From NCBI RefSeq assembly GCF_006345805.1, contig NC_043007.1:14508001-14572000 (forward strand): 64,000 nucleotides of DNA. Reading direction: 5' to 3'. The number at the start of each line of letters is the position of its first letter. The stretch's first letter is position 1. The position numbers and the translations under genes are program-made. Of the stretch, positions 30,020-42,800 are shown piece after piece. Below the pieces are notes generated by a model. That model was given only the letters and a program-made list of their open reading frames with translations. It made no database searches and was not told where the DNA came from. Source of the DNA: Octopus sinensis (taxonomy: Eukaryota).

Positions 30020-33000
30020 GACAATAGTCTTTTTTCAGTTTCCATAAATCAAATCCTCTCACAAGGTTTTAGTCAGTTGAGGACTGTAACATGACACCTG
30101 CTCAAGGTGCCATGCAGTGAGGCTGAAACCCAAACCATGTGGTTGGGAAGTGAATTTCTTAACCACACACCCATGCCTGTGCCCTAAATATGCAATAACA
30201 CTGATAAGCAGTACTTGGATGTCTATTAAGGACTTCCATAATTATATTTTATTAATCTCTCTCTCTCTTTCTCACACCTGGTATACGTATGTGTGAAAGA
30301 CAGAGAGAGAATAACAAAATATAATAGTGAAAATATTTAACAGACACCCAAGTATTGCTCAACAATAGAAATACAAGATTAAAATAAGACTTTATAAATA
30401 CTTTAAAAGAGGCAATACTTTAAAAATGAAGACCATTTAAAGTTATTCACAGGAATGCCAGATATAACACAGCTCCAACAGAGTTTCTACTTAACAAAAA
30501 AAAAGTTTTTTTTAATGATAATTAATGAAGGGAAAGCTAATGAATCAGTGAATTGCATTTTTTTAATGCCTTAGACAGAGGGGGAAAGGCAACACCAACA
30601 GCCTTTCTCAGGGCTTCAGGGAATGGTGAAAAGAAAAGAGGAAGTTAATCAAAGGCCAAAGACTTGATACAATAATTGCAACTGAATGCATTCTACTGAA
30701 AACAGTGAACTGGCAACTCCAAGACTTCAGACATGCTGCTTATTTGAAGTTTAGCTCTGTGCAATTAAATTTCATGATTATTCCAGTAATGATGTTAAAT
30801 ATCGATCATCATCATCATCGTTTAACGTCTGCTTTCCATGCTGGCATGGGTTGGACGATTTGACTGAGGTCTGGCGAACCAGATGGCTGCACCAGGCTCC
30901 AATCTCATCTGGCAGAGTTTCTACAGCTGAATGCCCTTCCTAACGCCAACCATTCTAAAAGTATTGTGGGTGCTTTTATGTGCCACTGGCACGAGGGCCA
31001 ATCAGGTGGTACTGGCAACGGCCACGCTCAAATGGTGCTTTTTATGTGCCACCTGCACAGGAGCCAGTCCAGCAGCACTGGCAATGACCTCGGTCGAATG
31101 TTTTTTCAGTAAGGTGACGCAGGTAACGATCACGCTCGAATGGTGTTTTTTACGTGCCACCAGCATGGAGGCCAGCTTGTTTGCTCTGGCAACAATCATG
31201 CATAAAACAGAATTGTTATTTCCTACAAGTCATGTTATCTCAACAAACTTGACATGTCTCATCATAAAAATAGTTTCAAACATGACATTCCTCAAGAAAA
31301 AATAAATTGGTATATAAAATTGGTTTCTGAAGTTTAGGGAGTGGAAATATCTGATTTCTGCAGTAGAAGGGGTTAATAGCTCTTGCCACACTACAAAAAG
31401 CTTTTGTATAGCTGGTTCAAATTCTTGCATACTGATTGTTCGTAACTTTTGGGATTAAAATACCTGCAACATTTGCTGTGAATTCATTAATTCTTCTGCA
31501 AAACCCTGATCTGTTGCAAATAAGCAGCTCAAATGTCTTTTTCCAAACCTGTTTATCCATATCAGGAAGTAGGAATGTCAAGAAATATTCTGATGACATA
31601 ACGATACTTCTCATTGGTTACTATTTACCATCAGCCTATGGTAAGGTTCTATAAATAATAGTTTAATCCATTTTGAAATAAGAATTAACTTATAGTTGTC
31701 AAAATATTTTAACTTTTTATTGACAAACTAACATGACCTATTTCAGATGGTCAGATGTTTAATATGTGAGTGAGTGAGTGTGTGTGTACACACACACATA
31801 TATATATATATGCAGGGTGCGATGGATAAATTGTCACATTTTATATTTTTAATTTTGCACATGCACACCGTTTGTTTTTGATTTTGTTGACTACACAGTA
31901 TAGTAGGGTCAGTTGGGCACCATCTGTAAGAAAAACAGCATCCTGATGCAATTCCCTTTGCCATGCTGTAATGCTTGGCATTCATGCCAGAAGCTCCAAT
32001 ATGAACATTTCAGAGTGTTTGTGGTTCAATTTGAGGACATGTACTGAGAGTGAAAAAAAAAAAAAAAATCAAACCTCCCATCAACATCATGGTGTTTGGA
32101 GTGATCACTAGTGATGGCAACACTATGCCTCCATTCGCCTTCGCACAAGGCCTCACACTCAACATGGAAGCCTACATCAAGTGCCTGGTGGAGGTAGTAC
32201 TGCCCTAGGCCAAGAGGGTGGCTGCTGGAAGACCTTGTCTAGCAACAGGACTCTGCACCATGCCACACAAACAGGAGAGCCTAGTCATGGCTGTCAGACA
32301 ATTTCTGCGACCACATCAACCCTAACATCTGGCTGTCTAACTCGCTAGACTGCAACGCCTTGATTATTACATGTGGAGTGCAGTTGAGCATGAGATTAGC
32401 AAAACTCTTTGTAACACCAAAAATGAACTGAAGGCAAGGATTATGGAAGCATTCACCAACTTAAACAAGGAGACTGTCCAGAAGAGTTACAGGAGATTCA
32501 AAAGTTTTTTGGAGGCCGTGGTTGGAGCCAATGGTGATTTTATTGAATAAATTTACTCTTTAGTATTTCAAGATATTTTTATGTAATTTTGGTAAATAGA
32601 TCTTAAAATGAGATGTCAGTTATTTTTTATTTATGCGCAATTTAGACAACAGTTTATTCACTGCACCCTGTGTGTGTATGCTTCCCCTTTTTACTCTTCT
32701 ACTTGTTTCAGTTATTTGACTGTGGCCATGCTGGAGCACCGCCTTTAGTCGAGCACATCGACCCCAGGACTTACTCTTTGTAAGCCTAGTACTTATTCTT
32801 TCGGTTTCCTTTGCCGAACTGCTAAGTTACAGGGACGTAAACACACCAGCATCGGTTGTCAAGCGATCTTGGGGAGACAAACACAGACACACAAACATAT
32901 ACATACATATATACGATGAGCTTCTTTCAGTTTCCGTCTACCAAATCCACTCACAAGGCTTTGGTTGGCCCGAGGCTATAGTAGCCACACAGTGGGACTG

Positions 33001-36000
33001 AACCTGGAAACATGTAGTTCGTAAGCCAGCTACTTACCACACAGCTACTCTTATGCCTATATATATATATATCAATAGTAATGTATTGCAAAATGTCTCA
33101 AATTATACAACTACAAGAAACATTTCTCAGATCTTTTAATGATGACATCTGGCAGCATATATTTCTGTGATGGAAATGGAAATTAGTCTAAAAACATAGG
33201 TTTAGGTAATTCCTTTAGATATGGAACACTGCTTAAGAATGAAACAGCAGTAGAAACAACCTACCACCTTAGGAGCTGTGAAAATCTGAAGGGAATCAGA
33301 GATAATGGAAACCGATCGTAAATGATCATCCTTGATAAAGTTCTGCATAAGTTGAGCATAGTGCTAAAATAAGAAACAAGAAAATCAAAAGAAACGGTAA
33401 TAAAAAGGTTATTACATGGCAGTATTTTGCATTTACATAATCAATTACAACATATAACGTAAATAACAGCCATAAATATCAACTTTACTTGGTCATCCTA
33501 ACAATATATAAACAGTTCTATCAAATGAGTTTAACTAAATTTTAAAATAGGTGAAAAGAGTACGTCGTTAGTGATATTTTTTTCATAGTTGAAAACAATT
33601 AGATATAAACACGTTTAGCTAATTCAGTTTTTAACAATCTAAATTTCTTTTTGTGGATAAATGCTTCAGTAGGTTGTACTTTCAATAAAAAAAAAAAGAA
33701 TTTAACTGTAAAGCAATACAACTATTTAAAACTACTGCAGGGGAGTATATCAAATTTGATAAATTTCTGTTTCATGGTTATCAATTGTATTAACAATTAC
33801 AACAATTGCTATTAAATTAGCAAATATTTGCTTTAAAAACGATAAAACAAATAGTTATGCTATTATTATAAAGCAATTATTCATGCAACAATAGCATTTG
33901 GTGGTGCTGCCAAGGACAAACAATTTCTTTAAAAGAATTTCTATTGTTTCAGTTGTTTTGTTACTTATTTGGCTCAGAAAATTATAAGAAAGTATATTTT
34001 TTTTAAAATAAATTTTAAGAAGTTTAACAAAAGCAAAAATGGAAATAAAAAAAAAATTTCTATATATGGAATATTCTCAGAGAAGCTTTGCAATACTGCA
34101 TTTTAATTTTGATTTCATTTCTTTTTTTCTCCAGCATGTAGTTAAGCAAGCGCTAAAGATTGTTTAAAACAAGTAATAATTCAACCATTGAAACTTCCAG
34201 AAAACAATGAAATCTTCATTAAAATATTACTGTAAATCAATGTCACATGTTAATTAATTTAGATAAAGATAAGGCCAATTAGTGATATGCCTTTTTTCCC
34301 ATCATTTTTAAAATGAAATGAAAAAGAACGGGGAGAAATGTTTGTAATAAGCAGAACACACTTCAGCTTTGTACACTTTCATTCAACTAAAAGATTTATG
34401 AAAACTGTCTTGTAATATTTGTTTAACCTGGTGTAATCTTTTTTTTTTTTTAATGGTAGCTAACCATGTAGACCAATCAGCAAACAAGTATTGCAACCAG
34501 TGCAATAGTGTGCAAACTATAAACAATATAGACACCAGGATTAAAACCAAGATACCTGCAATTCCTAAACGATTGCTTTCTCCGCTTAACAGTCAGTTGC
34601 AGCACCAATTTAAAGTTAGTTTTTAAGAAATGCCAGGAAACACTTAAAAGAAAATAAACTATATTGCATTACATAATTTGTTGCATTCAGCTACAAATGA
34701 AACCTGTCTGAACACCAAGTTTATTTGAAAATTAAATATCTAACCTAGAATATCAATCTCATTCTATTTGTCAATATTGCTGAATCCTCCAAGAATCCAA
34801 CCAAGAATTTAAAGGATACCAAAAAGTAACATGTCATTTAAGTTCCTTGATAGGATCAGCACAATCGCTAGATGGACCTAATTATACCTACTTCTATACT
34901 AGTGTGCAGGTTAATTAATTTCATGTAACATCAAGTCTAACTGAGGCACAATAAAGTTGATGTTTGGCTGTGATTTATGCTCAGGTGTTTGAAATTGTTT
35001 ATGCAATTGCACAGTGAAACTGCCATGTGCTTTCCTGATTAACATACCAGACTGGTCAGAGTAAAGATTTGGACAGAAAGGGACACGACGGACACTTCAT
35101 GGTCGTGGTCATCTTGTAAAAAGTCTTCCATCAGTTGAGAATATTTCTGTGGAAATATAGCACAGTAACATTTCATTGACCTAAACACGGCCAACCAGAC
35201 AGTAATTTGAAGAGAACAAAAAGGGGGAAAGAGAATAACTGTATTGATTTGTCAGGAAAGGATATCAAAGTGGAAAAGAAATTGAGGGACACCAATGACT
35301 TGGCTGGAATTTAGAACAGTTTTTATTATTAAAAAATATAAAATAAAAAATAAAATGGAACAGATCAATATACAATTATATATAGTTTAAAATTCAGATC
35401 AGGGAGAAATGAGCCAATATATGTGTGTCTACACCAAATTTAGAGGAATTATATAATACAATATTGTAGTGAACATTAAAAACTAATGCTAGCAATTTTT
35501 AATAGATTTAGAGCTGCCTAATTTTTAATAGACTCTCAGACTTTTGGCAATAGTTTTTTATACACATTCTTGTTCTGTCTATTGTTAAAAAATACTGTAT
35601 TCTGGTACAAAATAATGAAGTTAGTAGTTTATTACTGGTAGAGTTGATAAACTAGAAATTAATTAAAAGCAACAGAAATTAATTTTAAAATGTGATTGGG
35701 GAAATGTTCCTTCTTCAAGATTTTCTCAGTATTTATATCTTTTACGACAGACTCATTCTATGTGATGCTCAGGTTTTTGCTATGAATGTTCTGTTATACA
35801 ACTTCAGCACAGCATCACATTCACTTAACTTGATTCACCAACTGAGACACTAACTCCTTAGTGTATAAACCAGCCATATCTGGCCCAGATATTCTACATG
35901 TTTTATATTCAAACTGGCCAGGTCCAGCCTCTCACACCTAACCTACAGTGACATTCTAACGATAAACAATCACATCATTGAAACCTCAAAGCTATAAGAT

Positions 36001-36847
36001 AATGCAGGATTAATTCAAAACAATTTGAGCGAAAGAGTATTACATTTAACAGAGTAATCTGAACACAAAAGGGTTAAGTATTATTTCACACTGAACATTC
36101 CCCTATTAACTAAAAGTTAACAAAGAATGAATTTTCTTTAAACTGAGATTTTGCAGTAAGAAATAATTGTGATCTACCAATTACTACACACTTCATCTTA
36201 AGTTTTCTTTATCCTAAAATGGGAGTACAATAAATTTAATCTTGATTTTTTTCTTTTCTTTTTACAACAATGTTTTTAATGTGTCTTGAACCTTTACTAA
36301 TTTTATCATAATAATTATCACCATCATCTTCATCATCTGCCTTCCATACTGGCAAGGATGGGACTAATTATAAATTTACTAAATAAGCAACTAATTAAAC
36401 TAAGCAGTTTTGTAAAGTATCTTTCCTGTCCTGTATTTGTAAATAATTGAGTAAACAACATAATCATATGAGGAATAGTTTAATATATTTCAGCACTATC
36501 CCCATTAAAGATGCTGGTATTTCTACTAAACTTAAAGAAAATCCCTGCTAAAAATATCTAAGGAGTCATAGTGGGGAAAAAAAAGTAAGGCTCTCACATT
36601 TACTCTATAAAAAATCAACCACTTAACCTGGTATTTTTTATCTTTTACTTGTTTCAGTCATTAGACTGTGGCCATGCTGGGGCACCACCTTGAAAAACTT
36701 TTAGTTAAATGAATCAACCCCAGTTCTTTTTTTTCACCCCTTTTTAAGCCTGGTACTTGTTCTATCAATCTCTTTTGCTGAACTGCGAAGTTACAGGAAC
36801 ATAACCACACTGAAACTGGTTGTCAAGCAGTGGTGGAGGTGGTGACA

Positions 36848-36882
<35 letters not shown>

Positions 36883-39800
36883 GGGCTTCTTTCTGTTTCC
36901 ATCTACAAAATCCATTCATAAGGTTTTGATCGGCCCAAGGTTATAGTAAAAGACACTTACCCAAGGTGCCACACAGTGAGACCGAACCGAGAACCATGCA
37001 GTTGGAAAACAAGCTTCTTACCACAAAGACACACCCAGCATTATTATTATTATTATTATGAATTTTGTAAACGAATGTTCAAATTAGGCAACTAGATTCA
37101 CCAGCATTAGGTAAAAAAATATTAAGGCCACTATTAATTTATCAATCAGGTAATCTCCCAACAATTTATGACAAATAGTTTTTATTATTAATATCCTTTT
37201 CTACTCTAGGCACAAGGCCCGAAATTTTTGGGGAGGGGGGCCAGTCTTCAGTCAAATCGTCCAACCCATGCTAGCATGGAAAGCAGACGTTAAACGATGA
37301 TGATGATATGCCCAACCAGCCATATCTTAACTAATTTTGCATCCTTTCATATAATTTCCTTTTTCACAAACAGAAAGGGATGCTTATCTCATTTCTCTCT
37401 ACAGATCATCTCTATTCAATGATGCTGACTCATGTAGCCTCATTCTCTCTGCACATGCATTATACAACCTATCTTTTGTGGAGAGAGAGAGAGAGAGGGG
37501 GGGGGTATTCTGTTGCTGGAAGTATTTCCTGAATTTCTTCCAACTGGCTGGGTTTTTTATTTTCCTTCTTTACTCCAATTGCAAAACTTTTACTATAACC
37601 ACACCCATCAGTAACCAAGCTACCTTAGGTAACAGAAACTGCCTAGTATTATCCTGCAGTTTCAATATTGCTTGTAGCAAAACCTGAATGATAAAAGTCA
37701 GCAGTGTAAAGTTATCAAAGGATCTATGACAACAAAACAGAAATAGGTAGACTCTTTTAAAACTTATGTGAGAATGAACATAAAAGGCACTGAGTGATCT
37801 AGTGATATGGGCACTGGAATGTAAATGAGTGAGGATAGCTGAAGGTTAACAAGGTGCCCTTAATTCGTAGTAGAAGACACCAGTGTAGGAGTAAGGAGGC
37901 TAGAGAAGCGTTGGAAGTTCAGGTTAGATCTGAGAAAGTGAGATCCTACAAATGAGATTACACAATAAATATAAAGTAAAGCTTTATTACTGATATTTAA
38001 AGCAGGTTTCTCATGGGAAGAAGGTTTGCTGTAAAAGGTGAAACAGAGGAGGTAAACTGTCGTGTTTAATAGCAATTTGTCATCTTCTCAAACCTCTTAG
38101 TAAAAAGCACTATTTCAGCGTGATCGCTACCTGCACTGCCTTACTGGCACCTGAAAAAACATTCGGACGAGGTCATTGCCAGTGCCGCTGGACTGGCTCC
38201 TGTGCAGGTGGCACATAAAAAGCACCATTTGAGCGTGGCCGTTGCCAGTACCACCTGACTGGCCCTCGTGCCGGTGACACGTAAAAGCACCCACTACACC
38301 CTCAGAGTGGTTGGCGTTAGGAAGGGCATCCAGCTATAGAAACTCTGCCAGATGAGATTGGAGTTTGGTGCAGCCATCTGGTTTGCCAGTCTTCAGTCAA
38401 ATCGTCCAACCCATGCTAGCATGGAAAGCGGACGTTAAATGATGATGATGATGATCTTGTGTTTCTGCCAAACCATAAATCTAAACTAGTAACCATCAAA
38501 TACTGACACACAATCTGTACCAATACCAACACAACTTAGATGTATCTACAGACTAGACTATAGTAGCACTTTATTATTTTCAACTTACTTTTGTTAACTC
38601 TATGTAAACATACTCTCTATTCCATTCCCTAAAACATTGGTATATGAAATTATCATTCATACCACACAATCTTCTCTAAATTATATTTATTAACATTTTG
38701 ATCATCTCTACACTTGTTCTGTAAGCATTTTGATTTTAATTCACCTTTCTAAATCTTAGCTGCATTTTTACTGAGACAGTAAACAATATAAATATTGATC
38801 ACATCAATGTGATGGTTACTTAAACCTATTTCTTTACTACCCACAAGGGGCTAAACACAGGGAGGACAAACAAGGACAGACAAACGAATTAAGTCGATTA
38901 TATCGACCCCAGTGCACAACAGGTACTTATTTAATTGACCCTGAAAGGATGAAAGGCAAAGTCGACCTCGGCGGAATTTGAACTCAGAACATTAGCGGCA
39001 GACGAAATACCGCTAAGCATTTCGCCCGGCGCCCTAACAATTCTGCCAGCTCGCCGCCTTAAACTAGATCGCTGCGGGCAGGATGGTTACTTAAACCTAT
39101 TATATCTATCACTGATCTAGGTCTAACTTTTAAATGCTTAAACTTGTTTATATTCTGAAAATAATTTTTTAAAAAAATAAAACCTACAGAAATTACTATG
39201 AACAATACTACTAGATACTACATCAACAAATTGTAAAGATTTAGAGAAATTTTGAATTTGTTCATTAAAACAAGATACTGTGAAGTCTTAAGCCTTTTCC
39301 TAATTTAGTTAAAATACATTCACTCGTGTTGTCATTCTAGGGTTGAAAAGCTCTTGAGCAGGGGTTCCCAAATTAGAATTGACACCAATTTAATAATTCT
39401 GGATTTATACATTTTTGTTTTTAATTATAATTTTAACAATTCTGAAGTTAAGAAAATTTGAATGCGGCCAATTTTGTGAAAAAAAATACAAATTATATAT
39501 TTTTTTCTTTCTACCATATTAGATTTAATGATCAGTATTGTATAATTCTTAATTACTGTGTTACAAATGGGGAAGTTAGGAAGACTAGTATATAAATGAC
39601 ATAACACTGCAATGTACTGTGTATTCTTTATTGTTATTTGAATAATGTCTAAGCCTTTTGTTACCATATTTCTGTTGGAATATGCTACTTTTGTTTCAAC
39701 TGATTTCGAAAATGATGAAGAATTTAGTAAAATAACTCATTATTAAGCTAGTGTTTGGAACACAAATTAACATGAAAATTTGATGAAAGGTCTGTTGTGT

Positions 39801-42800
39801 CTGGGGAGAGTCATTTTCTTTTTGTGCCTTATAATTTAACACACTCACCGGTAAAATTTTAGGAAAATAAAGATGAAAAATAAGTGGAAATTTTACCAGT
39901 GAGTGTGTTACATAAGGCACTGAAAGAAAATTATTCTCCCCAGACACAACAGAATATGCTTCAACACACAAACTCATATAAAGAATCTTGCAAACCAAAT
40001 CCAAAAACGAAATATTGATGAAAGGTATTAAGTGGGAAGTTTGTATCACAGAACAAAGGTTTCTCAAGTGGACTGGTAGCAAAAGGGTTAAAAACAGCAT
40101 TTAAAAAATTCCTTTTTGTTGGTTGTTTTATGAAGGTAGAAGTGTAAATTCAAATTACTGAACTAAACAGAATTGCAGAATAAATTTACTTTGCAAAAAT
40201 TGCAAGGGGTAAATAAATAAGTAAATAAAAAATGGTTGGGAACTCCTGCTCTACAGATTTAGAGAATTATATATATATAAAAAAAAAAGTGTTTTGATGT
40301 CAGAGAATGAAGAATTTCAACAGTCAACTCGAAGTTTCACATGGTTCTTAAACTGTACAATAAAAATATGAAACTTTTTCTATTTAAAAAAAAAAAAATG
40401 TAACATATTGCAATAAACTTATTTATAGCCCTATTATAATAATACTTTTAAAAAATTACAATGGAATAGTACTGGATTTGGCAATTCTGGGATTCAGATT
40501 AACACCAGAAGAAAAATTACAACTTTTTAAGAAAAGTTGGTGATTGATAATCATTAAAAAAAACTGGAATAATATTCAATTATAATTTTAGGTACTGTAT
40601 GCTCTAATCTAATAATAATTAGATATTATCACATGTTTAATTCTATAATCAGGTACCATAAACTATAACCTAGAAACTGCTGCTATAAAATAAAACCAAT
40701 TCATTGCAAACAGTTCATTCGTTTACTTGGTAATGTGTTATATACCATGTAGTTATTTTATATTTTGATCAACAGGCTTTCAGTTAAAGTCACTGTCTCA
40801 TGAGATTTTGCTATATAAATTCCAACAAGTTTTACATTCTTATGTAATAATAGATGTGTAAACCTTGACACAGCAATAAAAACAGCAATAAAAAGCTATG
40901 TTCTGAACAGGGTCAGTAGAGTATAAGAGACTAAAATTAAAATTTAGGAGTAAGATTTATGGAACACTAAACTATCATTTGGATAACATTGTCTATAAAT
41001 AGAGATAATTAAATGACAGCAATAGATCATAAAAAAACAATGTTGATTCTTAAACTGGGATAGTGGATAATTTACTGAGGACACTGTGGTAATAAATCTA
41101 GCATTTTTATTATTCGTGATTAGAAAACAAACAAAAAGCAAAATTATTAAAAAAAATTTTCCTATTGATTAAAAAAAAAAATGTTCTTACCTCAGTAAAC
41201 ATCACTCCAAACTGACGTTTACATTCCTGATCCCTCAGAACCCTTCAAAGAAAATAAACCAAATAATGGTTTGAGCACTGAACGTTCAAGCAGTGGTTAT
41301 ATAAAACACAAAACATCAGTAAAAGTACATCATTAAGAATATGACACCATGTTTTTAATATTGCAGTCTATCAACTCATTAAATAGTCACAAAGTTCGTT
41401 AAATGATGTATTTATCATCATCATCATTGTTCGACCGTGGTCGAGACAATGGAATTTACCATGCTACGCCAGACTTCATGGTCCATCATGGCATTACGGA
41501 GGTCCTGTTGCTGGATGCCTGTATCCCTGGAGATTACATCAGGGTAGGAGAGTGTGCGCCCTCTGGTATTGTGAGTAGATGGCTTCCAGAGGAGAAGAGT
41601 AGAAATTGCCTCGTTTTCAGCTCTACAACAATGTCCAGCAAACTGGACTCTTCTACCTTTCACAAGAGATGACACAGGTGGTAGTTTCCCATATAATTGT
41701 ATTTTTTTTTTTTTTGCATGAGAGGCGGTTGGATGGAACCTACACTTGCCTCCTTATGAGAGCTCAAAATCTCTCGTGGAAGCGTCATCCAACCAAAGTG
41801 CAAATATGTGGGAAATATGTATTTATAATGTGATTTGATAGTCAAAAATTACTGATACCAAGTGTGTATAAACATATACACACACTGAATAAGTTGCTAA
41901 AATTTTAAATGTAAATATCAGAAAAAATATGAGAATCACTTTGAGACATATACAAAAGTGGGTGCTACTTTGGTAAGCAATCTACATAGCCAACATGGTC
42001 TACAAGAGTCAAATTCTACTTTAGGATGTGATCTACAAGTTTCATTTATTCATTATGACTTAAATAAAACATTCTTACATATTTATACATTTATTTAAAA
42101 AAATTAAAATGAAGCAGATTTGAAACAAGTTTACTAATTTTATGGGTGAATCGAATAAACGAACGAATCAAATGAATGGGCAAATCAAACAAACATCAGC
42201 TAGAAAAGTAAAAAGTAGATAATTAAAATTTTAATACATTTAGTATTTAAAAGAAATTAGAATAAAGCAAATTTAAACAAGTTTGCTAATTTTATTGTTA
42301 ATACATTTATTATTAAAGTTTATGATTTAATACATCTTTATATATAAAATTCAAGTTGTGTGTGTGAGACTGTCTCCTCCGCTTTAGATTCCTAACTACT
42401 CTTACATTTTACGGTGCAGTTTAACCAAAAGCGGGCATCTTATAGTCGTCATTCATATTGAGCCCTTCTGGGTATTAGCGCACGTCTATGATGAGTCTAT
42501 GATTTAAAAAAAAATTTACCATCATTTTTCCGCATTTTTAATGATTTTTGCTTGGGTTATATAAGGGAAGTAACTCTCTAAAAATGCTTATATAGTTGTT
42601 TCCCTTACAAACCTGAGCAACGCCAGGTGATACGGCTAGTTTATTAAAAAGAAATTAGAAAGAAGCAAATCTGACACAAGTTTACTAATTTTATCAGTGA
42701 ATCAAACAAATGTCAGGTGTTTTCCTTGTTCTTACTAAGTATAACTTTTCTCGTTGTAGATCACAATCTAAAGTGTATTTCACATACCAAAGCAGTTTCA

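Noticed and set aside
31230-31654. Coding-looking short ORFs, possible third alternative exon
   Set aside because: No DDH/QIFT motif, no recognisable domain and no consistent splice sites.
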